Positions 14,401 to 28,534 of a stretch of 64,000 nucleotides of DNA are shown here, one piece after another. The notes under the pieces were generated by a model. The model saw only the letters and a list, made by a program, of their open reading frames with translations, was not told the DNA's origin and did not search any database. The number at the start of each line of letters is the position of its first letter. The first letter of the stretch is position 1. Both the position numbers and the translations under genes were made by a program. Source of the stretch: Chrysomallon squamiferum (taxonomy: Eukaryota; Animalia; Mollusca); assembly GCA_012295275.1 (NCBI GenBank), contig CM022674.1, positions 10,540,001 to 10,604,000 of the forward strand. Direction: 5' to 3'.

Positions 14401-15940
14401 AATATTTCAGCTTTGGAGAAGTATATCAAACTAAATATATTTCAGGTTTGGAGAAGTATATAAAACTAAAATATTCCAGCTTTGGAGAAGTATATAAAAC
14501 TAAAATATTCCAGCTTTGGAGAAGTATATAAAACTAAAATATTTCAGCTTTGGAGAAGTATATAAAACTAAAATATTCCAGCTTTGGAGAAGTATATAAA
14601 ACTAAAATATTTCAGCTTTGGAGAAGTACATAAAACTAAAATATTCCAGCTTTGGAGAAGTATATAAAACTAAAATATTTCAGCATTGGAAAAGTAGATA
14701 TAATTCAAATATTTCAGCTTTGGATAGGTATATAAAACTAAAATATTTCAGCTTTGGAGAAGTATATAAAACTAAAATATTTCAGCTTTGGAGAAGTATA
14801 TAAAACTAAAATATTTCAGCTTTGGAGAAGTATATAAAACTAAAATATTTCAGCTTTGGAGAAGTATATAAAACTAATATATTTCAGCTTTGGAGAAGTA
14901 TGTAAAACTGAAGCTGGCTTACACAACCAGTGATGGAGGAGAAGAGCTAAACAGATTTCTGAAAGACAGTGCCTGCATAGTGTGTCTGTTACCAGCCCAG
15001 CTGGACGTCACCTACCTCAGATACCCTGCTCTGTCAGCCATGTTCAATCCCAAGATGCAACAGCTTCATTTAGTTTGTCCTGGATACAGTAAGTGTAAAT
15101 AAAAAGTTGTTAACAGACATTAAAACTGTTTTGCATTGGGTTTTCTTTGCCATTTCCATAGAGATTAAAATGAATTCACAGAGCTTTTGGTAGAATGAGA
15201 AATAGCCCTCTTGGTGCACTGAGTATGATTGCTCCTGTAAGACTTGAATTTGGCCAGTGAGTTATATTAGAACTATATATAGTGACATAATGAGTTACAT
15301 TAACATTCTATATAGTGATATAATGAATTATATTAGAATTCTATGTAGTGACGTAATGAATTATATTAGAATTCTGTGTAGTGACATAATGAGTTATATT
15401 AGAATTCTACATAGTGACACAGTTGTAGTATAATTCTCTTACAAGTTGTGACATTACATAGTGAATACTACAGCATGATTTTATTTAATTACCACTACAT
15501 TTGTCTGTCATTAAAGCGGTAATACCGTTATTTAATTCATAGCTTAGATAAATATATAGCTTATTAATTTTCAGATCATGACTTCCACTTAGTAGATGAC
15601 AAAGGAATAAATTTTGCAGAGATTTTCAAATCTTTTTCTGGCATAGAAGATGTGATGCCTTTGTTTCTCCAAGCACTCTATTTTCAGGAGGTTGTTATTA
15701 TTATTATTTCTGTTTTGGTTACTGTTACTGTAATTGTTATTTTTAAAAAATTTATCATTATTATTATTTTTATTATTCTTATTATTATTTTATTGTTACA
15801 TGCATTATTGTTTCAATTATTATTGTTGTTGTTGTTTTGTTGTTTTTCTTATTTTTATCATTATATTTTGTTATTATTTTATTACTACATATTATTATTA
15901 TTATAATTATTATTGTAATTATAATTATTATTATTATTAC

Positions 15941-15991
<51 letters not shown>

Positions 15992-17617
15992 CTTATTAGA
16001 CTGCACATAAGCAAATATTACTTTATGTTTATTTTTACCTTTTAAACTGTTATAAATATAACTATATCAAAAATTACATTAAAGTAAAAATAAAGTCAGT
16101 ATGCAAAATCCATATGTTTTATACCTCAAGTAGCATTAATTTTATCTTACATAAAAACCCAACAATAAATATACCGTGAGTACAGAGTTGTTATGTTAAA
16201 ATTATCATTAACTAATTAACAGCTAATTTCTTTTCCTAGCACCTGTTGCCAGACGTCCCAGTTAAACTGTGTCCAGGAATTGAGACTGTTTCTGTTAATC
16301 AGATGAAACTTGTAGATCTCGGAGTGCGCAGACTGCTTCGACTGTACATGATGATGTTTGAATTTTTATCTGGACTCGAATCTCAGGGACTCATCCAACA
16401 TCCAGAAATAAGAAAATCTGAAAGAGTTGAAGTAAGTCACAAAGTCTTGATTTCATAGTACAAATTATTATATACTTTCATCCATCAGACTTTCTCTCTT
16501 TAAACATATCAACTTTTACTAATGTATTTTCAAGATTTATTTTCAAAAATTAATTCAAACAAAAAAAATAAAGCTAACAATGAAAAAATCTTTATTTCAG
16601 AATACAGCTGAAAAACAAAGGATGGTTTTAAATATGGCAGTGAAGAAGGCAATGATAACACGCTATCCTGACTTCAACCCATCAAAACACCTGATTTGTG
16701 CTGGTCATCAGGCAGCAGTTTCACCTGGATGTAACCTGACCAGTATTTCCCTGGAATCATTTTCAGGTGTCTCTCAGATGATGACCAAATTAGATTTTCA
16801 AAACAATTCCATCTCTAGTCTGGATGACGATTTCTTCCAAAATTTTCCTAACATAGTTGAAGTTATCCTGTCCAGAAACCCTCTCACAACTCTGCCATCT
16901 TTGGCTTTCTGCAAAAACCTTGTTTGTTTAGATGTCAGTCATAATCGCTTGACCTCACTTCCTGAAGACTTGGTGAATACTAAAGATTCCCTGACCACAC
17001 TGATAATCACAGATAATCCCCTGGGAAAGATTCCCATGACTGTGACAGACTGCACTAGTCTTGAAGATCTTCAAGCTGACAACATTGGACTGGTATCATT
17101 TCTGCCAGATTTGTGCAGAAAACTGACATCTTTGAAAAAACTCTCACTCAATTACAACAAAATTGATAAGTGGTCAGCAAAGTTTCCAGAAAACCTGACA
17201 GAACTTGGACTTGCTGGAGTTCCTTTTATCCAGTTACCTGAGGGCACATCCAGTTTCAGCCTTCTACACTTCAATACTTTCTTGGACTCCAATGTTATGC
17301 TGTCAAATATTCCACAAAAGGTACTTGATTCATTAATAAATTATATAAATTTACCAAATGTTATATAACCTTGTTTTCTGTTAGATAATTCTTTCTAATA
17401 TGTTTTCACATTATTGTTGAGGCTTAAGTTTCTGGATAATTATTTTATCAAACAAACTTGTGAACTATATTCTCATCTATTTATTGCAGACTTGCTTATT
17501 ATGACACAAATAATGAGATTTATACACCTGGCTTTAGTTACTTATTGATTTGTTTGTTTGTATGTTGTTTGTTTGGATGTTTGTTTTTATTTGAACAACA
17601 TTTTTTTTATTCTAAAA

Positions 17618-17703
<86 letters not shown>

Positions 17704-20186
17704 GTGTATATATATTTATTTTTTTCACTGCATTTTAGGAGAGAATTGAGCTGTATTCTTCAGGATCAAAAACAGAAAACTGGAGTTCAGCGACATCTCT
17801 GTCAGTGAGTGAAATTAATAATCGCCTGGCAAAACACAAGGTTTACAGTCAGCTAGGAAGTGGTCAGTTCTCACCTAGTAAAGGTCAGTTTAACCAAGTA
17901 AATTGAAATAATAAGTAATGAGCTTACATCAGCAGGTTTTTAAAAACTAGTTTGACCTAATTAAGAAACAAAAAATATAAGTAAAAAGTAAGGTATATTT
18001 AGTTCTTATAAGCATATAAAATATATAATGAACCCAAAAGAGAATCAGTAGGTGCCAACTGATTAAAGACACACACACACACACAGATAAACACACACTT
18101 GTACACAAAGCAATATGAACAAACACACACATTAAATGTCAGCAACAACAAATATATTTACTTATTTATATCAACTATCCCTTATATTATAAAATCAGAT
18201 TATGCATATTTTTACCATTCCAGATTTACCCAGATAAGTCTGTTTTACTGTATGTTGTTTAAGAAATTAACATATATTTTTTCCATTCCAGATTTTCCCA
18301 GTGGAATTCCAGCCACTCTGTTCCAATGTAAGTCACTAGAGAAGTTGAATCTGTCAAATCATGCTTTCAGAGAATTACCTGACAATATTCAGCAGCTGAC
18401 AAATCTTCACATTCTTGATCTGAGTCACAGCTACCAGCTAGAGACAGTGTCAGCAGAACTAGCAACTCTGCCACTCACAGGTAATCCTTGTTAACACCTG
18501 CACACTGATACACACAGGTAATATATTGCCACTCACAGGTAATAGTTGTTAACACCTGCACACTGATACACAGGTAATATATTGTCACTCACAGGTAATA
18601 GTTGTTAACACCTGCACACTGATACACAGGTAATATATTGTCACTCACAGGTAATAGTTGTTAACACCTGCACACTGATACACAGGTAATATATTGTCAC
18701 TCACAGGTAATAGTTGTTAACACCTGCACACTGATACACAGGTAATATATTGTCACTCACAGGTAATAGTTGTTAACACCTGCACACTTGATTAAAGATC
18801 GTAAAATTTAAATATATGAAATATTTATTAATTCTGTGTTGTTTCAGAACTACATCTCAAAGACTGTCCAGTTCTGAAAACTCCTCCAAAGGAAATTGTT
18901 GCCCGAGGTTTCTCCACCATCTATGGATATTTACGTCGTCTGCGAATGGGATCCGTTCCCTGTAAGAGAACTAAACTGATGATGGTTGGTCTGGGAGGAG
19001 CTGGCAAAACCAGGTAATTTTTTCCATTTCTCTGACAAAAAAGTTCCACCCATTCATCCATCCATTCATCAATATCTAAATCTATATCTACATATATGTA
19101 TTTCTTTTTAAAATTTACAATTCTTTTTTTAATTTTCTGACTTCACACTTAATAAAATATTTATTTTACAAACATCTCCATTAGCTATTAAAAACAAATC
19201 CTTTTTTCCTGTTCCAGCCTTGTTCGAGCTCTGACAAATATAGATTTCCAGGCTTTTCTGGACTATGATGAGATGATTACTGATGGTATTGATATCAGTG
19301 AGTGGAAAGTTCCTGTCCAGGATTCGAAAGAACCCATTGTTTACAGTGTCTGGGATTTTGCTGGCCAGACAGTTTACTACAATACACATCAGGTAATTTT
19401 GAAATATCAATTATTAATTATTGGTTTCCAGTGTGTTTACAGAATGTTTTCACATTGTTTGCATACTGTTCACAGTGACTTGGATTTTCATGGCCAGACT
19501 ATATATTACAACACTCATCAGGTGATTTTTACAGTGTGTTTACATATTGTTTATAGTGTCTGGAATTTTTCTGGCCAGACTGTATATTACAAACCACATC
19601 AGTAGATTCTATTAAGAGTTATTTGTTTACTATTTGTTTACTATGTGTTTACACACTGTTTACAGTGACTGGAATTACTATGACCAGACACTGCAGTACA
19701 CATCAGGTGATTTTGTATATCTGTTTAAGAGTTAATTGTTTGCAGTGTGTTTACATAATATGAACAAACTATTTACACATTGTTTACATATGTTTACACA
19801 CTGTTTACAGTCGCTGGGATTTCCTGGCCTGTGTACTACTACAAAATGTTCAACATTACTTTTATATAACACCCATGATGAACAGTTGATATAGTACTGT
19901 GTAGAAAAGTTATAATATATATTTATTTTCAGTTTTTTCTGTCAAACCGTGCAGTGTATCTGTTACTATGGAACATACGTCTTGGTTACGAACATGCTGG
20001 TTTGAATTTCTGGTTGAGTTCAATTGCTTGTCATGCTCCACTTGCTCCAATACTGGTTGTAGGAACTCACTGCGACAAGGTTAGAACTGGATAATATTTT
20101 AACTTCTAGTGCAGCAACTTATTGAGTCACATGAATGATACCATCTGTATATGCAGATATGTGACTGTATGGGTGACACTGATTGT

Positions 20187-20265
<79 letters not shown>

Positions 20266-23200
20266 TTAGAAAAATAAAAACAGAGAGAAAGAGAGAGACT
20301 GACTGATTAGCAGAGCAAAACAGAAATTGATTAGGTTATATGTTTTATTATTTAGGTTGAAAAAACCAGACTTCCTACTGAAGAGTTACAAAGAAGATTT
20401 CCTCAGATCTGTGGTTTTCATTATGTCAGCTCTTACTCAGGGGAGGTAATCATTAATTTATTTATTTATTTTCAAAGCTAAAAAATGCTCTTTAGAAATT
20501 AGTATTTTTATATGGTTTTTAATAATTAATTGAACTGAAAACTATTTATATCCATGCCTTCTCAAATTTTTTTTTATTTAACTTTTAATTGCTTATATTA
20601 ATTAATTTTTAAATTATCTTGATTCTGTATTAAAATTTATATCTGTACATACATTAATTTGTATTTATTTATTATTATGTTGTTTTGTGTGTTTCATTTT
20701 CATTTCTTAATTATTGTTGTACTCATTTTACTGTAGATAGTCTGAATCCAAGCATGTTCAACCTTTGAAAATTATGTTTAATTGTCATTATTTTATTTTT
20801 TTAAACTCAGGGAGTTTCTAATCTGATGAAGGACATTGTAGGTGTGACTCTGAAACAGAAGTACATGGGAGAGCAAATCCCTGAAGCGTGGTTGAACTTG
20901 GAGAAACATCTTCTCAAATACAGAGAACAAAGCCTGGAACTGCTGCCATGGAAAGAGGTGGAGAAAGAAGCTTCATCATGGCACTGAACTAAAAAACTAA
21001 ACTTTTTGACCTGTTTTTTGACCTAAAATTAACTAAACTTTTCTGATTTCTGAAACACAGAGGGCTAAACTTTTTAGACTAGAAACACAGAGGGTAAAAC
21101 TGAACTAAAATTGAATTAAAATTAACTAAACTTTTAGACTGATTTCTCTGAAACACAGAGGTACTGAACTAAAATTAACTAAACTTTTAGACTGATTTCT
21201 CTGAACACAGAGGTACTGAACTAAAATTAACTAAACTTTTAGACTGATTTCTCTGAAACACAGAGGTACTGAATTAAAATTAACTAAACTTTTAGACTGA
21301 TTTCTCTGAAACACAGAGGTACTGAATTAAAATTAACTAAACTTTTAGACTGATTTCTCTGAAACACAGAGGTACTGAATTAAAATTAACTAAACTTTCA
21401 GAATAATTTTTCTGAATCTGTATTATTAGTATTGTTGTTAGTCCACATATAGATTTTCTGAAAAAACAGAGGTACTGAATTAAAAAAAAAAAAACTTTTA
21501 ATAAGGAAAAACACAGAGGTACTGAATTCTGTGACTAAAATTTCAGAATAATTTTTCTGAAAATGCAAATGTACTAATTAATATAGCAAAATAAAATATA
21601 TATTTTAGCAAAATAAATTATATATTTTTGAAATATATATATATATATATATATTATTAATAACTTGAAAATAAGATATATCAGAAAAGTTAATTCTACT
21701 AACTGTATCTTTATATTTGTGTATGCTTTTGTATCTTCATTTATTGTCTGTTTGACCTGTATTTATATCAATTTTTGGTAATATTTTAATTACACATCTG
21801 TATTTTTTCTTTTTAATAACCTATTTATTAACCTCTATTTTACCTCAATTTATTTTACCTTCTGTTTATTACCTGTATGTTTTCACCTGTTTCAGATTTA
21901 CCAAGGTGTGCAGTTTCTTCATGACTTGGGTTCAGTTCAGTTCTTCAACACCGATTTTCTCAGGTCTCAGGTTGTCATTTATCCTCAGTGGATTGTTGAT
22001 GTCATGGCCTGTGTCGTCACGGTACACGTTGGCCCAATACAGGTGAGTTAGACACACACACACACACAGTTAACATTCAAACTAGAAACAGTCAGCAAAT
22101 TAGTTTGAGTTTTGAAATTCAAATAAACTAAATAAATACAAAATAAATAAAAAACACAACTAAAATATGCAGAATACACATATATGCTGTGTGTGCATGT
22201 GTGCATGTTAATGATAAACAAAACAGAAACATACATTACCAGGTGGAATTAAAAACAAGTTTTTAATTTTTGAGTTTATATATATTTGAATATTGATGTT
22301 TGTCTTACAGAATGGCAAGTTTCAGCACTGTGACATGGCTAAAGTTTGGAAAGATTATCCTAGTGACCTTCACCCCTGGTTACTGCGACTCACAGAAGAG
22401 TTTGACCTGACCTTCCCAATACCTGATGAAGATGCCAATATTGTTCCTTGTCTTCTTCCAAACGCTGAACCAAAGGTAAACAGTACACGGTCAACGTCAA
22501 ATGACTTCATTTTTTCAAAATTATTTGTTTAATAAGCCTTTCACCACTGAGATGTGTATTATAAAATATTTTAAGTATAGTATAAGTAGATGATAATCAA
22601 GAAAATCAACACAATCATTATAGCTGAGTTTTAAGTACAGAAGAGGACAAAACTGTGATTGCTGTAGGAGTCAGTGTAGATACAGAGAGGATCAAATTGT
22701 GATAGCTTTGGGAGTCATTGTTAGTATTAGAGGAGGTCAAATTGTGATGGGTTTAGCAGTCACTGTAGCTGCAGAGAGGGTGAGAATGTAGATAAGGTCT
22801 GAATTGTGACAATTGTAGGAATCCCTGTAAGTACAGAGGTGTAAAAACTGTGATGGCTATTGTAAATCCAGTGGAGGTCAATATTGTGATGGCTATAGGA
22901 GTGACTATAAATGCTAGATGTATTTGAATTACTGACAGATTTATTTTCAATTTTTATCTATATTGTGTTTATTATTTTCAGTACACATGGCCAGCAGTGG
23001 ACAAAGAAAAAGGATTTCATGAGACTAAAATGATCTACAAATTTGATTACCTCCCTGCTGGCCTTTTTAACAGAGCTCAGGTAGTTATTTATTAATTAAT
23101 TATTAAATGATATCAGTAAGAGTGAATATTTGTAAATGTTATACATGACAATTTTATTAACACATATAACATGAAATAAGTCTTGTATTACAGAACTCTA

Positions 23201-24335
23201 TCTACTCACTTGCTATGTAAACAGTGTTTATACTGAGTACATACATTGAGTACTCAGTTTTAAATAGAAGATGTAGAAATATTTGACTACAAGCATATAC
23301 AAAAAAATACAGTTATAAATAAATATTTCTATGCTTATGTTATGTTTGAAGCTTAATAACAGTGTAATGTTCTGTATTTTATAAAATAAAAGTATCAGTC
23401 AAGTTAGTTCTATGTAAAATTATTGTAATTTTATTTACTGAACATTTATTTAGAAATATCAACATTTATTTATAAACATCAACATTTATTTACAAACATC
23501 AATATTTATTTGTAAACATCAACATGTAGTTATAAATGTAAACATTTATTTATAAACATTTTTCAGGTTCGACTTCAAGAATTTTCAACAAAATCTTTGA
23601 TGTGGAAGAAAGGTTCCATGCTTAACAAGAACAACCATAAAGCTTTGCTGCTTCAAACCAGGTGAGATCAAATTTAGTTATGTCTGAACAAACAGCATAA
23701 ATACATTCTCTATACTTTAGGCTGATTATTGTATTTGTATGTATAATATAAACTAAATTTCATTTATGTATTTTGTATGTTTTCAAGTAATTATTTTGTC
23801 TCCTGTTGAAAGTTTACATGTAATCATATCAACAGATAGATTTATTGCATTTTATAGGCTTCAGACAATCTGGTTTATTTATTTATTATTAAAATAAACA
23901 AATATCATAAAAATACATTTTTATATTTTTCCAAGTACATATTTCTTTCTTGTAACTTCAGTTATGAAATGAATGACTAGCCCAATCATAATGTAATACT
24001 TAATTATTCTTACTTGATTCATTATTAATAAGAGGAATATTTTAAACATAACATAATTGTTGTTATTTTGTTTACTGTTCAGTTTGCCAGTATTCTGTAA
24101 AATATTTTATACTAATAGTACAACATTGTTTTAGATATATCATTTCTGATTGTGTAATCAGAGTGTAGAGGTCTGTTTCTGTGTACACATTAACTTTCTC
24201 ACAAAAAGATTTCATCGAATATGAAGTCAAATCATGAAATGCTGAATTTATGGACACGGGATGAATATACAGTGTTATGTCAAAACTTACAATGTGTATT
24301 ATTATGATTACTGTTATTGTTATTATTAGTATTAA

Positions 24336-24387
<52 letters not shown>

Positions 24388-25620
24388 GATGGTGTTGTTG
24401 TTGGTGGTGATGGTGTTACAGATGTTGTTATATATATTCCAGTGACACAGAGGTGGTAGTCAAAGTTCAGGGTTTTAAACCAGAGAATGTTTTGTTTCTG
24501 GTACATGAGGTGTTTGAAACTCTTGTACACGAGTCTTACAGTGGGGTCCATTATGACTTCTCCATTCCGTGCATGGACTGCCAGGCTGAGGTAAACACTT
24601 TGACATCTTCAGAAATTTAATTAATTATCAGTCCTTGATGATTGTTATTAAACTTTATTTATTGAGAATAATACTTTTTGAGGGTGACTACTAGAATTTA
24701 AACTATTCCAGCAATTCCATTTTTGTTATCCTAATAAAACTAGAAATTTCACTTTTCAGTCTTTTTTATTTTCATAGTTTCAGTTTATTTAATAATATTT
24801 GCCATAATTAAATTACTCATAGTATACAGAATAATTTTATTTTTAAAGAAAAATTTATATCAGTTTATTTATTTTATTAAATGTATTTAGTGGAGTGGAG
24901 AACCCTGCATGTTTTCTGCATCAAAGATTCGAAGAGCTCTTGAGATGAAAGCTCCATTCCTACAGTGTGACAGTGCTTTTCACATTCTAGCCATCCCAGA
25001 GCTTCAAGGTATATCTGTCGATTAATTAATTTAATATTTATAAATTTCAGTTAAATTGTATCACTAATTCCACTAAAATATACTGAAGTTGTTAAAATGT
25101 ATTTATGGTGAGCAAGACATTTTGGAGATGTCTTTTAGAATTTAAACTTTATTAACTATTCTTGCCAAAATTATATATCTGTGTTTTGTGTGTGTATGTG
25201 TGTGTTTAAAGTATACAACTAAATCTATATATAAATATCTTCAACATAAATTTCAAGAAATTAATTATTTTATTTCATCAGCGGTTATGCCCCCTGACAG
25301 AAACACTGACTTTGATGAGCATCTTAGTCGAAGTGTTAGAGAGTTATGTGACCTTGAGGATGCAGTTACCATGACAACATTCTTTTTGTACTCCAAGAAA
25401 AACATCCCTTCATTGGCTGAAGAGTCCACATTAGTGCATCCTGGGAGAATTATTGAAGATCTGAGAGCATGCAATATCAAAGTGTATGTCACATGTACAC
25501 TAAATAGTTTTAGAGTGACATATTGTACTTTTTAATGAGAAAGTATACATTTTTGTCTCTGTATGTTTTTGTGTTTCTAAGTGTGAGTGTGAGTGAGTGT
25601 AGGTATGTGTTGTATGTTAG

Positions 25621-25656
<36 letters not shown>

Positions 25657-27918
25657 TGTGTGTGAGTGTGTTTGTGGTTGTTTGATTATAGATATATAAA
25701 CAGATGGATAAATAGAGAGAGAAATGTGTTTATATATATGTATATGTACATATAAATGTTTGAGAAAGAAGATAAAAATTATGTATATGGATGCATGCAT
25801 GCTTGTGTTTATATGTGCCTATATCGATTCATAACATTTAAAATATTTACTTTGAAATGTTAAAATTAAATGTTAACTGGTTCCAGGTCTTTCTGTGACA
25901 ACCCTGAATCAGCTGATATGGAAACTCTGACACTGTCACTGAAATCAGCCCAGGTAATACAGAATTTTCATCATAGCAATTATAATGTGTCCAGAAACTT
26001 AAACTTTGAAATTGCTGGCTAGTACTGTGTGATCTTATTGTGCATATAATGGTAAAATACATCATATATGTTTATTCATTTTAATCTCAATATAATTAAT
26101 TACTGTGTTATATATTTTACAATTATTTTTCTGTTAACACATTATTAAGATGTATTCACTGAAAACATTTTGTTTTGCATCCATTCGTTCATCTATTCAT
26201 CTTTCATCCAGCTGTTCATTCATTTATCAGTTAATATAACATATCCACCAAAAAACATACACAGAAAAAATAATAATAAATTTGAACAATGACAATATAT
26301 TTATAACATTTTTAAGTTTAATGTCTATTTTTGATAATCATACTATTATATACTTGCCTCTGTCTGTCATAAGATAGCTTTTAGTTTATTTATTTTCTTA
26401 TTTTAGGTTGTTTTGATTGGAATGTCAGATGAGTTTGTGGAAAATGAACAATGTAAGACTATAATTAGCTACACAAAGGAAACTCTCCATAAACCAGTTC
26501 TGCTTGCTGTTCTTGGCAAAACCTCAAACTGGACAAAAACTAATCTCAACATCATTCTGGGCGAAGAGGTCAGCCATTTTTTATTAATAGACCATTAACA
26601 TTTTTAATCATTAGTTATTTTAATTAATATTTATCAAAAATACATTAATAATGCTTTGTTATTATTTAATTAATATTTTAATTATAGTACATTAATATTT
26701 TTAATTAGTAGTAAAATATATTTTTTTTATTATTAAAATTTAGAGGATAACTTTAATTTACCAAACTGTTTCATTATTCTTCTGTTTTATTAATTTATTT
26801 ATATATAATTTTTCTTTTCTTCTTCAAATTTCTATTCTTTTTATTTTCTGAAAATTGTTTTTTACTTTTATTCTTGTTCAAAGTAATGACAACCTAATTA
26901 AAATATATGTCATTCAGACTTTGTGTTACAAGATTTGATGCTGTTAATGAATGAACAAACTGTTATTTTAATTGCAGGTGTTTGTGAAACTTCACGATCC
27001 TGCTCGTTACGAGGTGAAGAAAAATGAACTTGTTGAAAAGTTGAAGCTCAAAGCAGGGCACACGAAAAAGGTTTAAAATTACAAGCTTCTTTATTTTTAA
27101 ACTTAATTTATCTTACTTATTATTCTTATTTTAAATTATTACAGCAACAAAAACACTGAAATTTTTCTTCTTGATATTATCAAAAACGTTGATATTGAAA
27201 TTTTCTTTTCTTTTCTTTTTTTTGATATTTGTCAAAGGTTGTTTGCTTTTTAGTATTAATTTTTGTTAATGGTCTTCTTTTTTAAAATTTTATATGAAAG
27301 ACTCTGCTTTTTGATATTCATTTTTCCTTATTTTTCATTATATATAAAATATTTCACAGTATATATTTTATAACTTTAAAAGTTAATTTGTGTATAAGCA
27401 TGATTTTTCTTCTACCTTACAAATTACAGATGTAATCACTAATGTAATGTAATAAGTATTTACAAATTTTATTTTATTTATTTTTAGAATGAAGACTTTC
27501 CTAAATGTTTCATCAGCTACTGCTGGGCCAACTCAAAACTTGCTAAAGATTCTGGATCGAGATCAGGCCCTGGAGCTATCGGGTGGGGTGACCCCAGGAA
27601 AGTGAAAGATTTTCTAGAAAGCAAAGGCATAAGCTGCTGGCTGGATGTGGAGAGAATGGGCACGAAGGTAACTTCATAAAATGTTTTCACCTCTCCTGTA
27701 TCTGTAATGATAAAGATTTTGACTTCTGTACTGGAGTGACCAGTTTGGCTGTCACAATACAATGAGTTACTACAGAAGCCAGTTATCTGCCTGGATATTG
27801 TCTGCAGTTGAAAGTTAGTACTTAACTCAAATGAAGAGGTGAAACTCTAGAAAGTGCACACTTTAATTATCTATTTGCTCTTCTTGTACATTAAAAATAA
27901 CTAGCACAGATGCTTCAT

Positions 27919-27953
<35 letters not shown>

Positions 27954-28470
27954 TTCTGAGTTCATGTGAATTTGAAATATTTTAAAAGATCTGGTATTTA
28001 TATATATATCTGTGTGTGTGTGCACATATATATATGTTACTTAAAGTCACTGGTGTTTTTAATCCTAATGATGACAAGATATTCCTTTGTGTTTTCCTAT
28101 TGATTTGAAGGTGTATATTAACATTCCTTGTTTCAAATTGACGCTTTTCTCTTTCATTATTTTGGTGGTATTCCCTATATTAAAATCTTGCCACTATAGT
28201 TATATTTTAAATATTTTGAATAATTTGATTCAAATCATATTATTTACTGAAGAGATAACATGTTCATTTATTTCTGTTGTTTGTTTTAGGAGGGTTTCTT
28301 TGAGGACATTGCAGAAGGTCTCAGGAAAGCCAAGGTCATGGTTGCATGTGTTTCAGATGAGGTATGTTACCATAGTAACAGTGTTATAACAAGATATGTT
28401 TAATGTGATCAGTATAAATCTGAAAATTTTCAGGTTCTTTTTCGTCTTTGTATTTTATACTTTGTAAAAA

Positions 28471-28534
<64 letters not shown>

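Noticed and set aside
14075-14910. CRISPR-like appearance of the 35-bp repeats
   Set aside because: Units are head to tail with no unique spacers, there are no cas genes, and the context is a eukaryotic intron.
17739-17883. Non-LRR insertion within the LRR array as an EF-hand
   Set aside because: The insertion is real, but no DxDxDG-type loop is visible.
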